Shown here: positions 25,607 to 34,103 of the stretch, in pieces | Layout of the letters: each line of letters opens with the position of its first letter | How positions within the stretch are numbered: the first letter of the stretch is position 1 | Origin: an uncultured Gammaproteobacteria bacterium | Lineage (GTDB): Bacteria > Patescibacteriota > Microgenomatia > Levybacterales > UBA12049 | NCBI GenBank assembly: GCA_964406285.1 | Contig: CAYORA010000004.1 | Span: forward strand, 1-36,736 | DNA: 36,736 bases | Direction: 5' to 3' | Made by a program: the position numbers and the translations under genes | Notes under the pieces: model-generated | Told to the model about the DNA's origin: nothing | What the model saw: the letters and a program-made list of their open reading frames with translations, nothing else | Databases searched by the model: none

Positions 25607-26572
25607 ATGAAAAAAAAGGAAAAAGTATTAGTAACTGGCGGAGGAGGATTTATTGGTCATCATCTGGCAAGATTTTTAAAAAAAAACGGCTACTATGTGC
25701 GTGCCGCAGATATTGTTTATCCACAATTTTCTGATCTCTCAGATTTTGATGATTTTAGGATTTTAGATTTAAGAGATTTCAGGAATGCAATTGAAGCGAC
25801 TGAAGGAATCACTCATGTATACGCACTTGCAGCGCAAAATGGGAGCATTGAGTACACGATTACAAATAAAGCAGATTTACTTAGAGATAATGCATTAATT
25901 AACCTGAATACCGCAGAAGCATCAATTAGAAATGGCGTTAAGCGATTGTTTTTTTCATCTTCAGCATGTGTTTATCCGGAGAATAAGCAAACAGAAGTAG
26001 ACTCGACACCACTTAAAGAAAACGACGTATATCCTGCAAATCCTGACAGCGAATATGGTTGGGAAAAATTATTTTCTGAAAGAATGTATAAATCTTACGA
26101 GGTGGATCATGGTCTTGAGGTAAGAATAGCAAGATTTTTTAATATTTATGGAGCTGAGTGCCTAATTGATACACTAAGATCGAAAGCTCCAATGGCTCTA
26201 ACTCGAAAAGTGATCGAGGCAGGAAATGGTGGAACAGTTAAGATTTGGGGGGATGGTAAGCAGGTCAGGTCATTCTGCTATATAGATGATTGCGTAGAGG
26301 CAATATATAAACTAATGCACTCTAACATTAAAGACCCCGTTAATATTGGAACTGCTGATCATGTTAGTATAAATGAGTTGGTTGACATTATTTGTAAGAT
26401 TGAAGGGATAAAAGTTAAGAAGGTTCATCAATTGAATAAGATTCAAGGGGTAAGAGGAAGGCTCTGTGATTTTTCTAAAGCACAAAAGGAACTAAGGTGG
26501 AAAGCAAAAGTAACCCCGGTTGAGGGAATGACTGTTATTAATAAATTTGTACATAAACAGCTCGGAAAATAA
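25607..26572 (+). CDS. NDP-sugar epimerase of the extended SDR family, GDP-mannose 3,5-epimerase-like
   Basis: VLVTGGGGFIGHHL, SSSACVYPENKQ, YPANPDSEYGWEKLFSERMYKSY (YxxxK), RIARFFNIYG, KIWGDGKQVRSFCYIDDCVEA, and IQGVRGR. This string of motifs closely follows plant/bacterial GME as I recall it. Confidence 0.7.
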   Translation: MKKKEKVLVTGGGGFIGHHLARFLKKNGYYVRAADIVYPQFSDLSDFDDFRILDLRDFRNAIEATEGITHVYALAAQNGSIEYTITNKADLLRDNALINLNTAEASIRNGVKRLFFSSSACVYPENKQTEVDSTPLKENDVYPANPDSEYGWEKLFSERMYKSYEVDHGLEVRIARFFNIYGAECLIDTLRSKAPMALTRKVIEAGNGGTVKIWGDGKQVRSFCYIDDCVEAIYKLMHSNIKDPVNIGTADHVSINELVDIICKIEGIKVKKVHQLNKIQGVRGRLCDFSKAQKELRWKAKVTPVEGMTVINKFVHKQLGK

Positions 26573-26593
26573 TTCTGCCTCTTTCATCGCGAA

Positions 26594-29134
26594 ATGAAGA
26601 CAACTTTAATCACAACTGTTTTTAACGAAGAAAAAAATATTGAAAAATTTTTTAAGTCACTTTTTGCCCAAACAAAGCTTCCAGATGAGGTAATTATTGT
26701 AGATGGGGGGAGTAGAGATAAAACTGTTGAAAAACTAAACGAAGTTATAAAAAAGAAAAAAAATAAGTCCCAAGTAAAAATTCTACAAAAAAAAGGAAAT
26801 AGATCTAAGGGAAGGAACTTTGCAATCGAAAATTCCTCTAACGAAATAATTTTAGCTACAGACTTTGGCTGTGTTCTTGATAAGAATTGGGTTAAGTTTG
26901 TTTCAGCGCCTTTTAAGGATAAACAAATTGATGTCGTGTCTGGTTATTATAAGCCATTTGCAGATTCTATTTTCAAAAAGTGTCTAGCGACATATACATG
27001 TGTTATGCCGGATAAAATTAAAGAAAATAATTTTCTTCCATCTTCGCGTTCCATTGCTTTTAGGAAAAAAGTTTGGCAAAGAATTAAATATCCAGAATGG
27101 TTAGATACTTGTGAGGATTTGGTATTCGCAAAAAAACTTAAGGAAAAAAAATATAATTTTGAATTTGTTCGCGAAGCGGTTGTTTTTTGGGAACAGAAAA
27201 ATAATTTTAAAGAAGCTTTTTTTCAATTCTTAAATTATGCAAAAGGGGATGGTAGGGCATTCTACATCAGGCCTCAAGTTCCGTTAATTTATCTCAGATA
27301 TTTTCTAGGAATTTATTTTTTATTTCTCAGTTTTCTTGAAAGATCGGTAACTGGATTATTAATGATTCCGGTGTTTATGTTTATGTATTTTTTGTGGAGT
27401 ATAAAGAAAAACTATAAATACATAAAAAAAAGAAAAGCTTTCTTGATTCTTCCCGCATTGCAAATTCTTTCTGATTTTGCTGTTTTAATCGGGACTACTT
27501 TTGGGCTATTAAAAAGAGTAAATCTAAAAAGAATATTCTCAATTATTAAAAATAATAAATTCATAGTTTTTATAAATTTTATTTATTTAATTCTAATGCT
27601 TCTAACCATAGATTATGGAATTCCAAATAAATTTCACCCATTCCCATATCATATGGATGAGTGGCATCAGCTCCAAGCGGTTAGATCTACTTTTGCATAT
27701 GGAACTCCAAACGTAGAAGGGTCAGCTAATGGAACTATGCTTCATTTCTTGATTTCTGGATTTTATTTAATTCCTTTTACATTGCTTGGCATAATAAATC
27801 CATTTGAGCTGAAAATTGATAATTTTATAAACCGTGAGAATATATTTCTTATATTAAGATTTAACACTATTATATGGGGAATTTTATCGATAACGTTAAT
27901 TTATAAAATAGCTGAAAGTTTAAAGATTTCTAAAAGACTAACAGCAGTTCTTTTTACATTTAATCCTATATGGTTAATGTTGAGTGGTCATTTTAAATAC
28001 GATATTTCACTGATGTTTTTTATATTGCTAAGTATATTTTTTATGTTGAGATATTCTAAAAATCCAACAATCACTAACTTCATAGCTGCAGGTGTTGCGG
28101 TCGGTTTAGCGCTGGCAGTAAAAATAAGTGTTTTACCCTTAATTCCGATTTATTTTTTATCCTTCTTAATATTTCATGAAAATAAAATAAAAAATACAAA
28201 AGTTTTGTTTGTAGGTTTTCTAGCTCTTGTAGCAACAGCCCTTCTGTTTGGTTTTCCTGATACGTTATTTGGTACAGGAAATATTTATAGATATTTATAT
28301 GAGAATTTAATTATATTTCCTTCAGCATCCAGTAATTTCAGATCTGATGGAAATGCTCTTTTATATGTTTTCTTAAAACACTACTCGATAATTTTTGGAT
28401 ATGGATTATTTACTCTTTTTATCTTTTCATTGCCGATTTTGGTTTTAAATATCTTAAAAGGTGGCGGGAGATATATTATTAAGAATAAAACTGAAGCTTT
28501 TTTTATCGCTTCTTTTCTATTGTTTTTATCAAGTCTTGTTACTCTTAAAGCGTATAGTGGAGGAAATAGGGCATTGGTTTTGTTGCCTTTTATAGCTATT
28601 TTAGTTTCCTATGTATGGAGTAATCTGTCAAAAAGAAATTATGGCTGGTTTGTAGGTCTTTTTGTATTTGCAATGGTGATAGTTCAAGTCTATTTTTCAT
28701 TAACATGGACGGATATACGAAACACTAAGAGTATTCAAGCTGAATCTTCAGAATGGATTGAGAAATATGTTCCTGATAATTCTTTAATTGGCCTAGAAAA
28801 CATTCCAATCTATCAAAATATTCCGGACATTTTACAAAAAGAATTCTATTTTCATGAGTATAATGTGGGCTCTAAGAATCGATATGAGTATCAGATTGTT
28901 GATAGTGATAGCTCTAAGTTCCCAAAAGTAATCGTTATAACTAATAGCGATGTCGAAAGAGAAATTTTATATAAATCCCAGAAAACAGAGCTTATTGATA
29001 GGTTGAAGAAGGAAGGATATAGGGAAGTTAAGGTCTTTAAACAAAATACAGAAAAATTATATCTTTCAGATAAAGACTATGTTGTTGCTGGATTAATTTC
29101 CTCTCCTCTAACTATAGCCATTTATAAACGCTAA
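26594..29134 (+). CDS. fusion protein: N-terminal GT2 domain plus TM linker plus C-terminal GT-C (ArnT/PMT-like) domain
   Basis: aa 1-225: LITTVFNEEKNI, VIIVDGGSRDKT, and ATDFGC (GT2). aa ~225-310: hydrophobic hairpins. aa ~310-846: at least 10 TM segments with the first-loop motif PYHMDEWHQLQAVRS, then a C-terminal soluble domain. The ORF is uninterrupted. Confidence 0.75.
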   Translation: MKTTLITTVFNEEKNIEKFFKSLFAQTKLPDEVIIVDGGSRDKTVEKLNEVIKKKKNKSQVKILQKKGNRSKGRNFAIENSSNEIILATDFGCVLDKNWVKFVSAPFKDKQIDVVSGYYKPFADSIFKKCLATYTCVMPDKIKENNFLPSSRSIAFRKKVWQRIKYPEWLDTCEDLVFAKKLKEKKYNFEFVREAVVFWEQKNNFKEAFFQFLNYAKGDGRAFYIRPQVPLIYLRYFLGIYFLFLSFLERSVTGLLMIPVFMFMYFLWSIKKNYKYIKKRKAFLILPALQILSDFAVLIGTTFGLLKRVNLKRIFSIIKNNKFIVFINFIYLILMLLTIDYGIPNKFHPFPYHMDEWHQLQAVRSTFAYGTPNVEGSANGTMLHFLISGFYLIPFTLLGIINPFELKIDNFINRENIFLILRFNTIIWGILSITLIYKIAESLKISKRLTAVLFTFNPIWLMLSGHFKYDISLMFFILLSIFFMLRYSKNPTITNFIAAGVAVGLALAVKISVLPLIPIYFLSFLIFHENKIKNTKVLFVGFLALVATALLFGFPDTLFGTGNIYRYLYENLIIFPSASSNFRSDGNALLYVFLKHYSIIFGYGLFTLFIFSLPILVLNILKGGGRYIIKNKTEAFFIASFLLFLSSLVTLKAYSGGNRALVLLPFIAILVSYVWSNLSKRNYGWFVGLFVFAMVIVQVYFSLTWTDIRNTKSIQAESSEWIEKYVPDNSLIGLENIPIYQNIPDILQKEFYFHEYNVGSKNRYEYQIVDSDSSKFPKVIVITNSDVEREILYKSQKTELIDRLKKEGYREVKVFKQNTEKLYLSDKDYVVAGLISSPLTIAIYKR

Positions 29135-29139
29135 TTGCC

Positions 29140-29148
29140 TGTTATAAT
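29140..29148 (+). promoter_or_regulatory. extended -10 box TGtTATAAT, 6 nt upstream of wzx-like ATG 29155 (leaderless configuration)
   Basis: ccTGTTATAATtagtctATG. Confidence 0.5.
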
Positions 29149-29154
29149 TAGTCT

Positions 29155-30378
29155 ATGAGCTATTTAAAAACGACAATTGTAGGAGTTTCGTGGATAGGTG
29201 CTCTTAAATTTTTTTCCAGAGGATCTTCGATAATTAGAACTTTAGTAATAGCAAGAATTCTTTCTCCCTCACAGTTCGGTGTGTTTGGAATTGCAACCTT
29301 GATACTATCACTGGTTGAGACTTTAACGGAAACTGGTATAAATGTAGTTCTCATTCAAAAAAAAGAAAAAATCGAAGATTATATTAATACGGCCTGGATA
29401 ATCTCCATTCTTAGAGGTGCACTCATATTTTTAGTAATATTAATTTCTGCAGGATTCGTTTCAACTTTTTTTAAATCTGAGGAGTCAAGAAATCTACTAA
29501 TCCTAATATCTTTTGTTCCGCTGGTTAGGGGATTTATAAATCCAGCAGTAGCGAAATTTCAAAAAGAACTAAATTTTAAAAAAGAATTTTTCTATAGAAT
29601 AAGCATCGTAGCCGTAGAAACAGTTGTTTCAATTGTTTTAGTACTTTTAACAAGAGATCCAGTCTCACTAGTTTGGGCTTTAATTGGTGGAGCAGCTTTT
29701 GAAGTAATTATCTCATTTTTAATTGTTAAACCAAGACCACAATTAAACTTTGATAGAAATATTTTTAAAGACATTTTTTCCCACAGTAAATGGATTACAT
29801 CATCAGGTATTTTTAGTTACTTATTTGCAAATGGAGATAATATAGTGGTTGGTCGCACTCTTGGAACGTCATCTTTGGGAATCTATGATATGGCTTATAC
29901 AATCGCTCTTTTACCCACAACTGAACTTGCTGAAGTGGTTGCTAAGGTAACCTTTCCTGTATATGTGCAGTTTTCAGAGGATAAAAAAAGATTAAAGAAA
30001 GCATACCTAAAAACAACGCTAATAATTGCTGTTTTAACACTTCCATTGGTTTTAATATTTATATTTTTTCCTAGGGAGATTATCCAAATATTTTTAGGAG
30101 AAAAATGGATTGAGGCAGCTAAGATATTACAAATAATGTCTATTTTTGCTTTCATCTCTGCAGTATTTAGTCCAAGCGGTGCAATTTTTTATTCTGTAAA
30201 AAAACAAAAATATACTTTCATAGTAAGCTTTGTAGCATTTATTGTTATGATTAGTTTAATAAGTCCTTTTATAAATGTATATGGGCTTGCAGGAGCTGCA
30301 ATGGCTGCTACGATTGGGGTAATTTCTCCTGTACCTCTGGTTATTTATTTTCTATACAAAATATTTCGTAGTAAATAA
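29155..30378 (+). CDS. Wzx-type oligosaccharide flippase (MOP superfamily, polysaccharide biosynthesis protein)
   Basis: About 12 TM segments. The N-terminus GVSWIGALKFFSRGSSIIRTLVIARILSPSQFGVFGIA...ETGINVVLIQ is typical of the Polysacc_synt/Wzx family. Confidence 0.8.
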   Translation: MSYLKTTIVGVSWIGALKFFSRGSSIIRTLVIARILSPSQFGVFGIATLILSLVETLTETGINVVLIQKKEKIEDYINTAWIISILRGALIFLVILISAGFVSTFFKSEESRNLLILISFVPLVRGFINPAVAKFQKELNFKKEFFYRISIVAVETVVSIVLVLLTRDPVSLVWALIGGAAFEVIISFLIVKPRPQLNFDRNIFKDIFSHSKWITSSGIFSYLFANGDNIVVGRTLGTSSLGIYDMAYTIALLPTTELAEVVAKVTFPVYVQFSEDKKRLKKAYLKTTLIIAVLTLPLVLIFIFFPREIIQIFLGEKWIEAAKILQIMSIFAFISAVFSPSGAIFYSVKKQKYTFIVSFVAFIVMISLISPFINVYGLAGAAMAATIGVISPVPLVIYFLYKIFRSK

Positions 30379-30437
30379 AATATTAACTTTACAAAAGTTT
30401 TTCTAGTTGTTATCATGCCTAAGTTTTGAAACGTAAT

Positions 30438-31340
30438 ATGATCTATGACTGTTTCCCATTTTATAACGAGCTTGAAGTTTTAGATATTAGACTTCATGAA
30501 TTAGATAGCGTTGTAGATAAGTTTGTATTAGTTGAAAGTACTGTAACTCATACAAATAAACCAAAGCCGCTTTACTACAAAAACAATAAAGATAAGTTTA
30601 AAAAATTTAATAAAAAGATAATACATATTATTGTCGACGATGCTCCCGATATCGACATGACATGGGTTTTGGAAAGGTACTTTTTTACAGCAGTTGAACG
30701 CGGTTTAAAAAATGCAAAGCCCAACGATATAATTTTATATTCTTCTGCAGATGAAATACCCAAGGCAGAGAAAGTTGTTGAATGGATGAATAAACCAGGA
30801 TCAATCAAGGCATTTGATGAAAAATCATGTTATTACTTTCTAAACTTTATAGATGTAAAAAATGATAACAAAACTCCAATCACTGTAACTAGAATGTTTA
30901 GGTATAAGGAAGTTAAAAAGTTAAAGGATATTTATTATGCATATAGGGTAAAACCAGATGTAATAATTCCAGATGGAGGATGGCACTTTTCTTATATTGG
31001 TGGAGTGAAAAGGATTCAAGATAAAATTGCTTCTTTCGCACATCAAGAATTTAATAATGATAAATTTAATACTCCTGAAAGAATCAAAAAATCTATGCTG
31101 CTCGGAAAAGATCCTTTCGGTTATGGTCGAAAATTTAAAATAGTAAGTCCTGAGACTCTCCCGAAATATGTAATTGAAAATCAAGATAAATTTAAAGATT
31201 TAATACTTACAAAAAAGAATTTAAATGCGAATATTATAAGAATGCAAATTTTTTATTTAGATTTAAAACATTATTTAAGGATTTTAATTCTCAGAAGATT
31301 ACGCAAAAGCTTTGTTTCTACCAGATCTAAATTATCTTAA
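30438..31340 (+). CDS. glycosyltransferase family 17-like (GnT-III-like)
   Basis: MIYDCFPFYNELEVLDIRLHELDSVVDKFVLVES..TH..KPKPLYY, SSADEIP, and DGGWHFSYIGG...IASFAHQEF match the GT17 pattern. ATG 30438 is preferred; the track start TTG 30426 remains possible. Confidence 0.8.
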   Translation: MIYDCFPFYNELEVLDIRLHELDSVVDKFVLVESTVTHTNKPKPLYYKNNKDKFKKFNKKIIHIIVDDAPDIDMTWVLERYFFTAVERGLKNAKPNDIILYSSADEIPKAEKVVEWMNKPGSIKAFDEKSCYYFLNFIDVKNDNKTPITVTRMFRYKEVKKLKDIYYAYRVKPDVIIPDGGWHFSYIGGVKRIQDKIASFAHQEFNNDKFNTPERIKKSMLLGKDPFGYGRKFKIVSPETLPKYVIENQDKFKDLILTKKNLNANIIRMQIFYLDLKHYLRILILRRLRKSFVSTRSKLS

Positions 31341-32912
31341 GATTCTCTTTTGAACGGTAAATCCTTCAATTCCACTTGACAATTGTTTTGTATTTATTAT
31401 TCGGCCAAAATTGTTAAACTTAAGCATTCTTTGAGAGTAGCCTGAGGATATGGATTTATTGGGGATGATTATGTAATATGTCCCAGATTTTAGATTTCTG
31501 AATTGATCTTTTTCATTTATAAACACAGGAACTCCACCACCAGATGTATAAGCTCTGTCTTGATTAATTGGATAATGGGTACTACTTAAAAATTGAAAAA
31601 TATATTTATAATCTATTACTTTTTCTCCTCCTGTTAAATAAATTATGTTAAACGGTGTATTGTTTGAATCTTTATAAACATACTCTATAGGAGTTTTGAT
31701 CCGAATTTCATTTTTTAAATTTTTATATTCTTTATAAGTTTGTATTTGCTTATTTAAATTATCAATAAAAGAGTTAAAAGAAATTAAAATAATTAATATT
31801 ACGAAGAATTGCGCAAAAATATTTTTTTTAAAAAGATATGAAAGTAAAATAGCAGAAAAAAATATGTAGGTAATCGTGAGATACGTAATCCACCAGAATG
31901 ATGCACGCTCAACTGGAATAATTGTTATTAAAATAAATGTAAAAGGAATTATTAAGAGAAGATAGGAAATAAAGATTTTACTAAATATTTTTATTTTTTT
32001 ATCTTTAATATAAAAATAGAATCCGATTAGTAGAATTAAAAAAATAAAAACTAATAGTTTATAATCGAAAATTGGGAAAACTGTCGATAGATCTGTTTTA
32101 AAAAGATGTAGTCTATCAGCCAAAACTAAAATGTACGGAAATCTTTCTTCGCCAGTGCTTTTAAATAAAACACTAATTAACCCTTTTAAATTGTAAAAAT
32201 TATTAGTTAGGTCATATATAAGATGTGGGATGAATGAGATAGAAAATATTAACACTGATTTTAAAAATGTAGTTTTGTTTATGATTCTCTTATAAAGAAA
32301 ATAAATAAAAAGAGTAATAAAGCTGGGTAGTAGAAGTCCTAATGAGGCAATTTCAAATTGAGAAATTAACGAAAGAGAGAATACGGAAATATATAGGTAT
32401 TTATTTTCTTTTCTAGGAAAAAATAAATAGAGAAAACATAAATGAAAAACCATTAAAAGTGGAACGATAAAAGGTGGCCATGCTAAGTTAACCCATTTTA
32501 TTAGATATGGTGAAGTGCCTAATAGAAAGGCAGCTAAGAAGCCTTCCGTTTTCCCAAAATATTTATAGGCAAAAACTGAAGTAAAAAGAAATATTAAAAA
32601 ACTTATAATTACCATAAATAATTTTCCTCCAACTGGATCCCCGTTAAAAATCATAAAGAAAGGAATAAGTAGGTAGCTCCATAAAGGTCCTTGTGCAAAA
32701 CCACCGATTTCTCCAACTACGTGCCCTAATAGAGGAAAGTGAAAATTATTAACTATGTCGTTTGTCTGAAAATAATAAAATGCAAAATCTCCATTGAAAT
32801 AATCAGATTTAGTAAAAAAAGAAATAAGTCTTGGAATCGAAAATATAGTTAGGAAAATAATGAAATAGAAATTACGTTTGATTAATTTAGAAATAGTAAT
32901 TTTTGAACTCAC
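31332..32912 (-). CDS. polytopic GT-C-like glycosyltransferase (ArnT/GT39-like)
   Basis: About 14 hydrophobic segments. First loop: NGDFAFYYFQTNDIVNNFHFPLLGHVVGEIGGFAQGPLWSY, clearly related to the loop of ORF 34096. GTG start with no nearby in-frame ATG. Overlaps the GT17 gene by 9 nt, convergently. Confidence 0.6.
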   Translation of the reverse strand: MSSKITISKLIKRNFYFIIFLTIFSIPRLISFFTKSDYFNGDFAFYYFQTNDIVNNFHFPLLGHVVGEIGGFAQGPLWSYLLIPFFMIFNGDPVGGKLFMVIISFLIFLFTSVFAYKYFGKTEGFLAAFLLGTSPYLIKWVNLAWPPFIVPLLMVFHLCFLYLFFPRKENKYLYISVFSLSLISQFEIASLGLLLPSFITLFIYFLYKRIINKTTFLKSVLIFSISFIPHLIYDLTNNFYNLKGLISVLFKSTGEERFPYILVLADRLHLFKTDLSTVFPIFDYKLLVFIFLILLIGFYFYIKDKKIKIFSKIFISYLLLIIPFTFILITIIPVERASFWWITYLTITYIFFSAILLSYLFKKNIFAQFFVILIILISFNSFIDNLNKQIQTYKEYKNLKNEIRIKTPIEYVYKDSNNTPFNIIYLTGGEKVIDYKYIFQFLSSTHYPINQDRAYTSGGGVPVFINEKDQFRNLKSGTYYIIIPNKSISSGYSQRMLKFNNFGRIINTKQLSSGIEGFTVQKRILR

Positions 32913-32964
32913 CTCGCTAGTATATTATTTTTTCTTATCTTCTAAAAGTATGGCTTTAAAATTA

Positions 32965-32993
32965 TTGACCGAAATTAAGCTATCTTGTATAGT
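32965..32993 (+). promoter_or_regulatory. promoter TTGACC-N17-TATAGT, 12 nt upstream of ATG 33006
   Basis: -35 at 32965-32970, spacer ending in TG, -10 at 32988-32993. Confidence 0.5.
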
Positions 32994-33005
32994 TCATTCA
33001 TAAAT

Positions 33006-34103
33006 ATGAGGATAGCAGTTTTTCATGAACTTCCAGAAGGAGGGGCATTAAAAGTAGTTAACGAAATGTCTAAAGGTCTTAAAAATGAACATGTGGTTGA
33101 CCTATATACTACAACAGAAAAATTTAATCATAAAGAATATTACGCAAATACATTTATATATAAATTTAAACCAAAAGTATGGATTGGTGGAAATTTTAAA
33201 ACAAGGATTTATAAAGATTCAATAGAACTTATAAAACTTTTTTTATTGCATAAAAAAATCGCAAAAGATATTAGAGAAAAAAAATACGATATTCTTTTTG
33301 TAAATGGTTCCAAATATATTGAGGCACCATTTATACTTTTATTTAAAAACAAAAATAAAGTTCTTTTTTGTCATAACACAAACTATAGATTTATTTACGA
33401 GCCAATTCTTAACAATACTAATGATTTAGACGTTATTAGAAAATCTTACGAAAAATTAAATAGAACAATTAGAAAATATTTAGACATTATAAATATTAAA
33501 TCTGCAGATAAAATATTAACTGGATCAAAATATGAAAAGCAGATGATTAAAAAAACTTATGGACTTGAAAGTAAAAATATTTCCTATGGAGTTAACTTCG
33601 ATTTTTTCAAACCAAAAAATACAAAGAAAAAATACGACGTTTTGTTTATTGGTACCTCACACTTACTAGAGGGATATCCCACCTTAGAAGAGGTGGAAAA
33701 GCTACTGCCTAAAAGTTTTAAGGTAAAAAAAATCTTAGGAGATATTAAATGGGTAACTGACGTTTATGAATTAAGAGATTTATACCAAAGTTCTAGAATT
33801 ACTTTATGTCTTGGTCATAATGAGCCTTTTGGTTTAACTCCGTTAGATTCTATGAGCTGTGAAGTTCCCGTAATTGCTGTTAATGAAGGGGGTTATAGGG
33901 AAACTGTAATTGACGGAGTTACGGGTTACCTAGTCCCAAGAAATCCAGAGATAATTGCAAAAAAAATTACTTATCTTTTAAAAAATGAAAGAAAGAGAAA
34001 AAGAATGGGAGAAAAGGGAAGGGAAGAAATGATTAGAAATTATAATTGGGATAAAAATATTACTGAGGTTGAAAGGATATTTCGGTTAATGGCAAATGTT
34101 TAA
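33006..34103 (+). CDS. GT-B fold glycosyltransferase (GT4)
   Basis: MRIAVFHELPEGG at the N-terminus. The C-terminal motif EPFGLTPLDSMSCEVPVIAVNEGGYRETVIDGVTGYLV is the GT4 EX7E region. ATG 33006 is preferred over the track TTG at 32985, which lies inside the predicted promoter. Confidence 0.88.
   Translation: MRIAVFHELPEGGALKVVNEMSKGLKNEHVVDLYTTTEKFNHKEYYANTFIYKFKPKVWIGGNFKTRIYKDSIELIKLFLLHKKIAKDIREKKYDILFVNGSKYIEAPFILLFKNKNKVLFCHNTNYRFIYEPILNNTNDLDVIRKSYEKLNRTIRKYLDIINIKSADKILTGSKYEKQMIKKTYGLESKNISYGVNFDFFKPKNTKKKYDVLFIGTSHLLEGYPTLEEVEKLLPKSFKVKKILGDIKWVTDVYELRDLYQSSRITLCLGHNEPFGLTPLDSMSCEVPVIAVNEGGYRETVIDGVTGYLVPRNPEIIAKKITYLLKNERKRKRMGEKGREEMIRNYNWDKNITEVERIFRLMANV

Noticed and set aside
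30414-30428. ATG at 30414 in frame with the GT17 ORF.
   Set aside because: It reads atg cct aag ttt tga and stops after four codons under the standard code, which this genome uses. It is part of the -10-like TATCAT box.
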